A stretch of DNA of 64,000 nucleotides, taken from Octopus sinensis (taxonomy: Eukaryota). How positions within the stretch are numbered: position 1 is the stretch's first letter; each line of letters begins with the position of its first letter. The stretch lies in contig NC_043008.1 in assembly GCF_006345805.1 (NCBI RefSeq), positions 23,436,001-23,500,000 of the forward strand. The letters are read 5' to 3'. The notes under the pieces were generated by a model. That model did not search any database. It saw only the letters and a program-made list of their open reading frames with translations, and was not told the origin of the DNA. A program made the position numbers and the translations under genes. Shown here piece by piece: positions 1 through 10,830 of this stretch.

Positions 1-263
1 GTGAATTATTCAAACCCCAAAGAATCCCTCTCAACACATAGCGATGATGCTCCCCCACTACTTCTGCCTGTGATCAGAGATGCACATATCGTCAGCCACT
101 AAGGGACATGCTCAACTGGTTATGGTCAAACAACTGATAAGCAAATCTGTGGTATTGAGCAGAATATTTGCTGTAGTCCATCTTTTATACCAAGACAAAA
201 TAATGTACATGATAACACTTCCAATCAGTTAACATCAGAAGCCACAAGAGCAACTGCCTGATA
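1..263. repeat. Unclassified interspersed repeat family A, 3' part (cut by the window edge)
   Basis: GTGAATTATTCAAACCCCAAAGAATCCC...CAAGCAAATCTGTGGTATTGAGCAGA is also present at about 4767-4846 and 27353-27600. Confidence 0.85.
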
Positions 264-267
264 CTGC

Positions 268-302
<35 letters not shown>

Positions 303-303
<1 letters not shown>

Positions 304-3300
304 CATTCAGTAGTTTTATTTTTATAACGTGCTTTCACTTCACTACCGAGCGCAGCTCTGTGTACCTTGGGTATGTGCTGTGATTTATTGTGATGCTCTG
401 ATGGTTACTGTATTGAAAGTGTTCTGCGTAGGATGTGTGCAGTGCCTTGTAGTGCAATTTTCTGTATGTTATATGTGTTTGTAAGTCCTGGTGTTTTTGT
501 TATGTATTTGTCTGAATATTTTTTTATCATGCCTAATGCACCTACTATGATAGGAATTGTTTCTGTTTTTAGATTCCACATTCTAGTTAGCTCTATTTCC
601 AGGTCTTTGTATTTTGAAAGTTTCTCCATTTCTTTTAGAAATCTGCTAGTATTGATACATCAATTAGAAAGCATATTTTTTCTTCATGATCTCTGACAAC
701 TATATCTGGTCTGTTGGCCTTAATTTCTCTATCTGTGTGTATTGGCATATCCCAGAGTATGGTTGCTTTCTCGTTTTCTGTGATCTTTTCTGGTGTGTGC
801 CTATACCATCTTTTTTCTGTTGTTATTCCATGATGTTGGCATAGCTTCCAGTGTATGTAGGTCCCAACTTTGTCGTGTCTGTGAATATATTCCTTCTTAG
901 CCAGGACTGGGCAGCCAGAGATAATATGATTTATTGTTTCTTGTCCATCTCCACATATTCTGCAGTTACTTGTTATATTTCTTTTCATTACATGTTTTTT
1001 GGTAATTCCTGGTGGGGAGGCTTTGGTCTTGTGCTGCAATTAAAAATCTCTGTCTCTACTTTGAGCCCTGAGCTTCTCAACCATTGCTGGGAATTTTCTT
1101 TGTCTATTTCTTTTGCATTTAGTTTAGTCCAGTATTTGCCATGAAGGGGCTTTTCTTGCCATCGTTTTATCATGGTTCATTGCTGTTCTAGTTTTAGTTT
1201 GGATTTCATTTGTTTTAAAGCTTTTGTTGTTTTTCTTCTTCTTCTTCTTCTTCTTCTTCTTCTTCTTCTTCTTCTTCTTCTTCTTCTTCTTCTTCTTCTT
1301 CTTCTTCTTCTTCTTCTTCTTCTTCTTCTTCTTCTTCTTCTTCTTCTTCTTCTTCTTCTTCTTCTTCTTCTTCATATTTGTTAGGTGGTATGATTTCTTG
1401 TTTGTATTTGTCAGCTTCCTTAAATACTGAGAACAGTTTTTTGTTTTGCTCGTGTTTTGCCGCTATTTGTATCAGTTTTCCTTGCTTCTGAAGTAGGTAT
1501 TTTTGCAGTCCTATGGTGGTTATTTTATAGTAGTTTTCCAGCTGTATAAGGCCTCTACCACCTTCTATACGTTGTATATATAGCCTTTCTATGTCAGATT
1601 TTAGGTGATGCATCCTAGATCTTGTCAAAATTTTTCTTGTTTTCCTATCGATTTTGGTTAGTTCATTTAGCGTCCAGTTAAGGATATTGTAGCTGTAACT
1701 TATAACTGGGATGGCTAAAGTGTTAATACCTATTATCTTGTTTTTAGCATTGAGCTCTGCTTTTAGTATTGATCTAACTCGTCTATAGTATTCTTTCTTT
1801 ATTTTCTCTTTCATTTGTGTGTGTTGTGTCTTATCTAGTTCATGGATTCCTAAATATTTGTAAGTTTGGCTTTGGTCTGATTCTCTTATTTCAATGGCTT
1901 TATCTAGTGTAATGTTGCTACTCTTAACTAGTTTTCGTCTTTTCAGGATTACTTTGGCGCATTTTTCTAATCCAAATTTCATATCTATTTCATTGGTAAA
2001 TCCATGAACTGTCTTTAGTAGTGTTTCCAGCTCTTTGTCATTTGTAGCGTATAGTTTTAGGTCATCCATATATAAAAGGTGGCTGATCGTTTCACCGTAA
2101 CATTTATGAAAAACAGAAAAGGAGTGAAAAGAGCGTGTCTCCCTGGAATATTCCTCTTCTAATGGGAATGGCTTTGGTTTTCACAAGTCCTTCTTTTGTT
2201 TGGAGCTGTAGCACTGTCTGCCATTTATTCATAGAGTGTCCTATGTATTTTATAATTGTTGGTGCTACTTTGTTAATGGCTAGTGTTTCGAGGATCCATG
2301 TGTGGGGGATGCTATCAAACTCCTTTCTGTAGTCGATCCAAGACATACTGAGGCCTTTCTTCTTTCTGTGGCTGTCTTCATTTATGGCTTTATTGATCAT
2401 TAGTTGATCTTTACAGCCATATGAGCAATTGCGGCACCCCTTCTGCTCTTCTGGAAACTGGTTGTTTTCATCCAGGTGCTTGTTCAATCTTTGTGATATT
2501 ACTTCAGTGAATGCTTTGTACATTGTAGGGAGACAGGTTATAGGTCTGTAGTTTTCTGGTTTTGCTGTCTCATTGGATTTGGGAATTAAGATGGTTTTTC
2601 CCCTTCGTGAGCCATTCAGGCATAGTCTCTGGCTCTGCCAGTATGTTGTTAAAGTTTTCAGCTAGCTTTTTGTGCATTCCCGTCAGATATTTCAACCAGA
2701 AGTTGGGAATCTTGTCATGCCCAGGTGCCTTCCAGTTGCTTAGTCTTTGCAGTGCCTGGGTGACCTCTTCAGTTGTTATGGGGGTCCAAAGTTGCTCAGA
2801 TGCTAAGTTTGTTGTTTTAATACTTCTTTTTTTTTGGTTGTTCATTCGCCGACCATATTTCTTTCCAGAATTCTTCCATTTCTTCTGCCGTTGGTGCTGC
2901 AGTGATGTCTATTTTATTTTTGACAAGTTCTTGGTAGAACTTTTTGGGGTTGGAGTTGAACTGTTTGTTTTGTTCAAAGAAATGTTGGTGTTTCTCATAC
3001 CGGTGGATCCTTTGTGCTTTGGCAAGGATATCTTGCTTTAGCTTTTCTTTTATCTCAGGTAAATCTTTTTCTGTGATGTTGTATTTGCACAGTATTTTTG
3101 TTTTCTTTTTGTTGCTTAGTAGCGTTGATTGTCTACTGATTTCATTAAGAATCGATAGATCTTTTCTCATTTTTTGTATTTTTTTTTCGGATGTTATTTA
3201 TCCACAGGGTTTTTTTGGGTGGTGGTACTCCTGTTTGAATGGGTTTGAGGGAGTATCCAGCTTCTTTTGTGGCTGAAGTGGCTGCTGCATATACTAAGTC

Positions 3301-4438
3301 ATTTAGCTCAGTGATATCGCTATTTGTTTCAGTGGCTATTAGTTCTGTGACGGCTAGGTTTATGCTGTTTATAATTGATGTTGTTTTTTTGTCTATTTTG
3401 ATTTTTGGGAGTTATGATCAGTGGTCCATTTTCAGATCTATGTTTTTCAGTTCTTTGATTATTCTACTTTTTATAGTATCATAATCATTAGGCTCCCCTT
3501 CGTTGTTTCCAGGTTTTAGATTTGTGTCGCTTTCTTTCTCGTTCGTATATTTGTCTGTCATGTTTTGGCTTGCTGCTTGTCGTGCATTATTATGCATCCT
3601 TACGGTCTGGGATTGTTGTTTTTTTGTTTACCTCGTTTTTGTTGGAAATGTTACGTTTGTCTTCGTGTTTTACTATCTCAGTGTTTATATTATTTGGCAT
3701 TGTTGTGTGGTTTCTATCTACATTTCCCTGATGTATTTTTTCTTTTATATGTTCTAATTCTATTTCTGATATTTTTTTAGCGTTGAGAATATATCTTCGT
3801 ACATTAGCTAGTTTATTAGGGTTCATTGCTCTATCCAAGTCTTTCTTCCATATTTTATATGTATATGTTGTTATGTTTTCGTTCTTTGGGTAGAGCACTG
3901 CTGTAAAGTAAGCGTGTAGGATAGAAATGTATTTCTCGTGTCCATTTATGCCTTTTTGGTTTTATTTGTAGGACATGAGGAACAGCGTCCGGCCCATTAT
4001 TTTGATGGTAGTCATTTTCGTAGGGTACCGGTCCGTTCATTTCTGTTGTCACATTGTTTTGCACATGTAGCTTTTCGTACTTTTTTTGTAACAGGTTCAA
4101 GTACATACTTCCCGCTTGTTATTCTTGGGTTGAATAATACCGGTATTTTTTAATTTGTTTGTAGTTTTTTGTTTGGGGCCGGAGATGATCTGTTATTGAT
4201 GGATCGTAATGTATCAATCATGTTTACATGGCTGGAGATGATATCGAGTTAAAATACATCATTTTGTTTGGAAAATAGCAATAAATTTCAATATGTATTA
4301 TTTATTCGGATATAGTCCAATCCTTTGTCAGTTATTTTTTGGCTCCATGCAATGTCTTTGTTTCCGATGTTTGTGGATAGATTTTGGAGCACTGTTTTAT
4401 CGCTCTCACATGTTAAATGTCCCCTGGTGTTCTCTGTC
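303..4438 (-). mobile_element. Near full-length R4/Dong-like non-LTR retrotransposon (RT plus C-terminal restriction-like endonuclease), frameshifted
   Basis: Minus-strand ORF pieces are in the correct order. N-terminal NKLANVRR domain (3590-3898); RT motifs WIDYRKEFDSIPH, RGIFQGDTL and MDDLKLYA; CCHC knuckle CRICGDGQETINHIISGC; RLE motifs NRPDIVV..FLIDVSI and EKLSKYKDL..IVGALG. (TAA)n arrays lie on both flanks (268-303, 4439-4485). Confidence 0.93.
1233..1373 (-). repeat. (GAA)n microsatellite of about 140 bp, read as poly-Glu inside the R4/Dong ORF
   Basis: Pure CTT repeat on +. ORF 1215..2069 reads PPNKY-(E)n-KQQKL. Confidence 0.97.
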
Positions 4439-4485
<47 letters not shown>

Positions 4486-4487
4486 GA

Positions 4488-4846
4488 GTGAGAGAGCAGT
4501 ACATGCTATCAAAGTGACACTGGGGTAAAATATACGAAGCCCAGCATACCCATCACGACTACCCGTCTGATAAGGGTACACCAGGCACTTGCATCACAAC
4601 CATATGTGTGCGACATGGTGATCTCATATCAAGATAAACAGCACATGACCTTGCAGGTGGGGCCCAGTTAGAATTTTCTTCAGGTCGAGTAGCCCATCTT
4701 GCTCAAAAGGTCCCTGAATAAGGGTTGCTTTAGGATGTTGAACGAAACACCCATGTTTCCAGAGGTGAATTATTCAAACTCCAAAGAATCCCTCTCAACA
4801 CATGGCTATCAAACAACTGACAAGCAAATCTGTGGTATTGAGCAGA
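4488..4846. repeat. Repeat family A copy with an internal deletion
   Basis: Aligns to 27110-27600 and 1-263 but jumps from CATGGCTAT directly to CAAACAACTGAC. Confidence 0.85.
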
Positions 4847-4852
4847 TTATTG

Positions 4853-4883
<31 letters not shown>

Positions 4884-5139
4884 CCGCATAAAAGTTGCAT
4901 ATCCCAGTGCCCCAATAATTACAGTTATAAACCTGAACTTGCAATCTAGATAATTTTTCAGTAGTTCAGAGTAGGTATTTTCTTTTTCGCTGACCTTTAA
5001 CTTTATGTTAACATCTGCTGTACAGAGTTTCTACAACTGTACACAGTTTCTCTTCTATGTTCAAAATCACTCTGTCACGTCTATTATGTTTACATTTTAT
5101 TGAGGTTTTGATTAAGACACAGTATTCTTTGTTTATTAT

Positions 5140-6295
5140 GAGTGGTTCTTATTTCTAATAACATCTCCATGCATGGTCTTCTGCTGATATATGCTCATCC
5201 TTTCACCTAATGATACATTACACTAGGGTTGTGCGACTTCTTTGGGCATGTATTTAAGTTCATCAGACAAGGTATACGCTGCTCAAGGAGCTGCTTTCCA
5301 AGTCTTATGATATTATCAGCCTCATGCATCCAAACTTGGTTAAGGGATGCACTTTGACACTTGGTGGTTAAAAGATGTTGCTGAAGGGATGTAAGACAAC
5401 ATTCAAAGGCAGTCTGGCTCGTTGTTAAGCCCCTGCCCCCTTGTTTTCATTTTAGGTAGAGGCAGTCTGCATCATTATTGATGTGGAAATTATGTGTGCT
5501 GGTTAGTATCTTCTGAGTTTTTCCATCAATAGTTTGGATCTCATCAGGTGTTCAATCAAGCAGCCCAAATGTTGGTATGAGTATTGGTACTACAAACATA
5601 TTGTAGGCTATGTTTTATTGAATGCAGAGATTTCCAAGGCCCATAGTTTCTTTATTTCAGCAGTAATATTCTTTAGTGACATGTGTTTTGTTATAGATGC
5701 CATTGTAAGATATGCTTTCACCCACTCCTAGATACCTGTAACATTCCTCATCAGAAGTAGAGGAAACAGTTAAGTCATTGATGTTGCTAGTCTGGTTTAT
5801 AGTTCTCCCTCTTTTCACTACCATATAGCAACATTTATCCTGGCCAAACTATAACCCTATATCCTTTGCGAATGTTGTAACCAGGTCAACACTCTTTTGC
5901 ATCTCGTGCATATTCTTGGCATATAGTTTCAAGTCATCCACAAAGAAACAGTGTAATTTTGGTACTTTTGTTTCTTTGTGAACCAGTGGGATGTTCTTCA
6001 GACTTCCTTAACATGAATGACAAGGGGTTTACAAAAAATATAAGCAACATCACAGAGAGGCTGTCTCCTTGGAATATGCCTCTGCGATACCGTACTCTAT
6101 CAATGATAAAACAGTCATGCCTTGTGTTTAATTTCAAGATGGTGGCCCATGATGAAGTCAGGGTCAGCTGTGGCTTTGGAATTTTAGCAAGTTGAAGGGC
6201 TTCTAGCATCCATCAGTGGGGGACAGAGTCAAAAGCTTTATTGTAGTCCAGCCACATTGAAACTAGATTCCTCTTATGTTTCCATACCTCTGACA
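5140..6295 (-). mobile_element. Degenerate R4/Dong-like RT fragment (third copy)
   Basis: Minus strand reads WLDYNKAFDSVPH, RRGIFQGDSLS, VDDLKLYAKN and FGQDKC with stops and frameshifts. Confidence 0.8.
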
Positions 6296-6464
6296 TTACA
6301 GTTTTGTTTATTAACAATTACTCAGCACATCCCCAAACTCCCTTCTTCCCAGCTGCTTGTTCTGCTGTGATGATGTTATTAGTTTCACAACAATCTTGGA
6401 GAAAGAGGTTTAAACATGCTGTATATATTCTATGTATGTGTGTATGTATGTGTGTATGTATGTA

Positions 6465-6728
6465 TGGTGTAACACACCATACTAATCATATCTGTCGGGC
6501 ATGTCGAAGAGAGTGTAATTCAGCAGGAGGACTTAAACGACATGCAAAGGTACATGAAGCCCAGTTACAACTACAGCTGGCTATTACCAGTAAAGGTCTT
6601 AGTTGCCAATTTTGTACAAGACATTGTAGATCTTTAGCTGGGCTAAAAAGTCACATTCGATCACAGCACCAGTAACAGTTAAGCTTCGTGCAATGGCCAT
6701 ACTCGATAACGAGGGGGCAGCCATAATA
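6465..6728 (+). mobile_element. 5'-truncated RTE LINE 3' end encoding two C2H2-type fingers
   Basis: Nearly identical to 44420-44655, the 3' end of the RTE copy. It encodes CRACRRECNSAGGLKRHAKVH and CQFCTRHCRSLAGLKSHIRSQH and is flanked by (TGTA)n on both sides. Confidence 0.9.
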
Positions 6729-6964
6729 ATGTATGTATGTATGTATGTATGTATGTATGTATGTATGTATGTATGTATGTATGTATGTATGCATACCTTC
6801 TCACATGCTTTGTATATTCTCACATTGCATATATGCACACCCTCCTTACACATACATCAGCACTTGACTTACACACTTAGCCATACTTTTTTTTTACATC
6901 ACTTTATTGGAAAGTTATTTCCTGGGTTTCAAACCATTTTAGTTGTCATCCTTCATTTTCCTAA

Positions 6965-7013
<49 letters not shown>

Positions 7014-7205
7014 GTCCCCTCTCTCCTCCCTTCCCATATTTTTCATCATAATGAGGATTTAACATCAAGGATGTTTTTTCTTTTCATTTTGATATTAAAC
7101 TAATACTTTATTCATCATACTGTGTTCTTTCTCCATTGTTTCATTTCCCACTTTTTGATTGTTTTTTGACTTAGTGTTATATTTAAACTTGATCCTTTCT
7201 TTTAG

Positions 7206-7267
7206 GAAAAACAGGGTACACTATTCACACTCATTGACTATACTGCACGAAATTATATTGGAATGTT
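7206..7267 (+). CDS. IQCH: IQCH-like gene, third-last coding exon (EKQGTLFTLIDYTARNYIGM-L)
   Basis: Acceptor TCCTTTCTTTTAG and donor TT|GTAAGT. 62 bp, ends in phase 2 and joins in frame to 22273. The peptide matches the vertebrate IQCH C-terminal region as I recall it (..RQGTVFIL..KLGML..); I ran no search. Confidence 0.82.
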
Positions 7268-7947
7268 GTAAGTATATATATGTGTATTTATATATGTATA
7301 TATTTCTTTTCCCATCTTTGCTATTGATTTAGATTTGGAGAGCATAGAAGTGATAATTAGCTGCAAAGCTGAGTCTGTTGTCTAGTTTTGGTTTCTGATT
7401 CAGGTTATTTCACCTCTGTTATATTGTTGATGTTTTTTGAAACCTGACAATTTCTCTTTTTCTCCACTCTAATTTATAATATAAAATTTGAGACAATTTG
7501 TAACCATTGTTGATTCCTCACTGTGATATAAGACCACATGTTTTTAAAGAATTGTTACATCAATTGAGCTGAATTCAGTAAATGTCTATTACTTATTTTA
7601 CTGGCTACAGAAATTGGAAAAGTGAAACTAGAATGTAGCTGGTTAACATTAATTACTATAAGATATTTAGTTTCCACTCCACCATTCAGGAATATTTATT
7701 AAAACTTGCCTTGGCCTTGTCTAAGGCTTTCTACTCTTTGATAGAGTTGTAGTAGGGCTATCATGACATATGGCATGTCTTGGGCATTTTTAGATCTGGC
7801 AGAAGCCTTGCCAAATTTGATTAGAGCTGATTTCTTCTAGAAAGACAGAGAGAAAAACAAACAGACAAACAGATTGAGAGGAATAGAAATAATTCAAGTA
7901 TAGGATTGGCACGAGATTATCCAGAAATTCAATTTAAAACTACAGAA

Positions 7948-9998
7948 TCTCTATATATATAAAAGGCAGTTCGTCTGTCTGTGTGTCTGTCTGTCTGTGA
8001 GTCTGTCAGGTTGTACCCTCACCCTGACCACGGCTTTCAACTGATTCTGATGAAACTTGACACACACATAGCCCAATGTCATAATTCAAAACTAACGCAG
8101 CGAAAATTTTGAAAAGTTCCCCCTGTTCTGAAAAAAAATCAATAAATTCGACGTTGTCAATGCAGTTAACAAGTATTGGGAGAAATCGTCAAAACCATAT
8201 CACTTTGAGACCAACCATGCGAACCCTACAAAACTGACTTTTGTTAAATAGTTGGCGGATTTCAGGCGATTTAGTCGATTTTTGCCGCTTTTATCATAAA
8301 GGTTACTAGAAATGGCATATGTTTTCCTTTTGCTTCAAATCCGAGCAAAGTTGGGCTGTAGATGCGTTTGCGGTTGTGCGCGCGTGTCCTTGACACGATG
8401 ATTGCAGCTCTTCCCATTGGCTCCCCAAACAGTGAATAATGCTCTCAATTAAACACCCTTTGGCCAATCACATGCACTGACACACTCAGTTGTGCACGTA
8501 TAGTTTGTGACTCACTTCTCTCGGCTCACACCCGCTTGCTTCACACGTTGGCCTACTTTTGCTAATCGCTGCTGCAGCCGCAAGTTATTTGAATACTTTT
8601 TTTGTTTAAACTTTCTTTATAACTACCACCTCAAACGTATTACCTTAAATTTTTGACGTACCCTAAGGGTCCTCGGACACTACTTGCAAACTCTTGGTTT
8701 ATTATAAGCCGCTTTTGTCATGTTCACCAAAAAACTTTTTCCATTCGTTTGTTCAGTTTGGTCCCTTTTCGCTTTTTCGTTGTTGTCACTCACATTGCTG
8801 CCCGCTTTTTTTCCGTTTTTGTACATTTTTATACATTTTGGGATACTTACCCCACATGTTCCTTTTTATTACACCTTTGCCAAACACATTGCTATCCACC
8901 AAAATGCCACCCAAGAAGAGAAGGACCCTCCTCAGCCCTCAGACGGCCAATGCATCGGCTGCTAGGGCTAGAAGGGCACGTGAGACCCACGAGGAAACCG
9001 CTTTGTGCCTCTCGCAAAAAACTTCCCATTCTGCCGCTGCTCAGGCATCTGAAACTACTAGCAACCGTTCTACCCAACTTGCAAGGGCCGCAGCGTACAG
9101 ATCTTCCCTCTGCTCGAGGTTGACGAAAGAGTAACAGTCCAGCCAAAACATGCGGGCTTCTTCCTGTGCTTCCATCCGCAGACCTCGCGAGAACCCTGAA
9201 CAAAGGGCCATTCAGAATGTGGCTAACACCGCTAGCACCACCAGGACACGATCTGTCAAAACCCCACAGCAGAGGAGAACTCACCAAGCTGCTGACGCCG
9301 CAAACGCAGCCATGGCCCGATCTGCTGAAACACCTCAACAGAAAAGAGCTCGCCAATCTGCTGACGCCGTAAACACAGCCACGGCTTGATCTGACAAAAC
9401 ACCTCAACAGAAGAGAGCTCGCCAAGCTGCTGACGCCACAAACACAGCTATGGCTTGATCTACCGAAACACCTCAACAGAGGAGAGCTCGCCAAGCTGCT
9501 AACGCCGCAAACACAGCCATGGCTTGATCTGCCGAAACTCCAGACCAACGAACTATTCGGACATCCAGAGATGCCATTAACACTGCTTCCGCTAGGGCTT
9601 CAGAGAGTGCTGAGGCGAGAGCTGAAAGGCTTTCAAGGGATGCCACTGCTACCGCTGTTGCACGCGCATCTCAATCTGCTGAGGCACGGCGCACTCGACT
9701 TGAGAGTATCAACCAACGTCGGGATATCATTTCTGGTTGTCACTAGCATTCAACTACGATGCCACAATTAACTTCTCCTTGCATGACAACATCTAAACAA
9801 AATCAGAAAATGCACTTTGACTGTCATAGATTTTCTTCATGCATGCAAGGGAACGGTGCCTTGAATGCCTTAATGCCTTTTAGGCTTCATTTTACAAAAT
9901 AACGGTTCAATGAGTACAAAAAAGGGTAAAAAGGTAAAGGGCATTGCTTATTGACAAAGTTTCTTACATACCCGGGCAACGCCGGGCTATGCTGCTAG
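7948..9998 (+). mobile_element. Non-autonomous Helitron (internal deletion derivative retaining the N-terminal repeat region of Rep/Hel)
   Basis: 5' end A|TCTCTATATATATAAAA followed by a GTCT microsatellite. 3' hairpin CCCGGGCAACGCCGGG (9971-9986) then CTAG (9995-9998). Coding relic MPPKKRRTLL..ARARRARET, 23-aa repeats, and an LAFNYDATINFSLH motif near 9743. No Rep HUH or helicase motifs seen. Confidence 0.85.
9249..9593 (+). repeat. Five tandem 69-bp (23-codon) units within the Helitron coding relic
   Basis: Units start at 9249, 9318, 9387, 9456 and 9525. Consensus is approximately RSAETPQQRRARQAADAANTAMA; the fifth unit is diverged. Confidence 0.9.
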
Positions 9999-10249
9999 CA
10001 GTAAATAAAACTAAGACTGTGGTACACTGGTCTTGATAATTTATAGCAATTGTGCTCAAGCTGATAAATACCAGCCTTCCCTATCAAATATTTGTGAAAA
10101 GGTTTTGATTCTACCTCTTTTTTATGAAAAAAAAAGAAATTCTAATATTCTTTTTCACTTTACTTTGGTATTTAACAATTTAAAGCCATCTTATTCTTAT
10201 TTCACATGGCAATTTATTTTCTCCCTTTCCAACTCCACCAGTGGGATCT

Positions 10250-10830
10250 GGCCCTCCCTATGAGAAATTACTGGATTATTGCAGCTAATTTAGTGGTACA
10301 CTTCCCATTTGAAGTTCCTTGCAAGTAACCTCTGCTAGCCACTAGAGTACTTGATTGTGCCTCCAAATATAGACTGACAGAAAAGTCCACCAATAAGTAA
10401 CATGTGCTTCAGCATATTACTTGACCTCTTACAAAACTTTCACAACTCACTTTAGTCAATAACTACCTCTTAATATTCACTGGAGATGATAGCATATCAA
10501 ATGCAGAATCAGTTACAAACCAAATTGTTTTCACCAACATCAAAAGCAAATTGTTCCATGAGATGTGCTTCTGATCCACTTTGCCCCACCATACTGATCT
10601 TGTTACTAATATACCTTTGTAACTTTACTTTTCTCCATCTTTCTGGTACCTATCATGAGAGCAAAATTGCCCTTGCACCCAAAGTCTTCTTCCACTTCTT
10701 TTGCATAAGAGCTTCATCTGTGACTTCTTCCACCTTTCACTTGTGTCTTGTACATATGAGAGGCATTGTCTTGACAATTGTTGCATTTCCAGACTCTCCC
10801 ATCTTTACAATGCAGTGTACCTTGTCTACT
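10250..10830 (-). mobile_element. Highly degenerate RTE-like APE endonuclease relic
   Basis: Minus-strand traces such as GTL, YVQDTSERWK (compare CVQETRWK) and LLIGGLF (compare IGGDFNG) are in the expected order, with many stops. Confidence 0.4.

Noticed and set aside
1124-1430. Poly-K, poly-L and poly-F ORFs, and all IY, CV, HT, MYVC and poly-T/P ORFs elsewhere
   Set aside because: They are alternative readings of microsatellites and have no coding support.
6304-6675. Host C2H2 zinc-finger gene
   Set aside because: The fingers are the 3' end of an RTE LINE, shared with 44420-44655, and the upstream part of the ORF is microsatellite.
7710-7836. Minus-strand candidate exon (KKSALIKFGK..) with a GC-AG donor
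   Set aside because: It is antisense within the IQCH intron, has no partner exon, and I do not recognise the peptide.
9249-9593. CRISPR-like appearance of regularly spaced repeats
   Set aside because: The units are contiguous coding repeats without unique spacers, the context is eukaryotic, and there are no cas genes.
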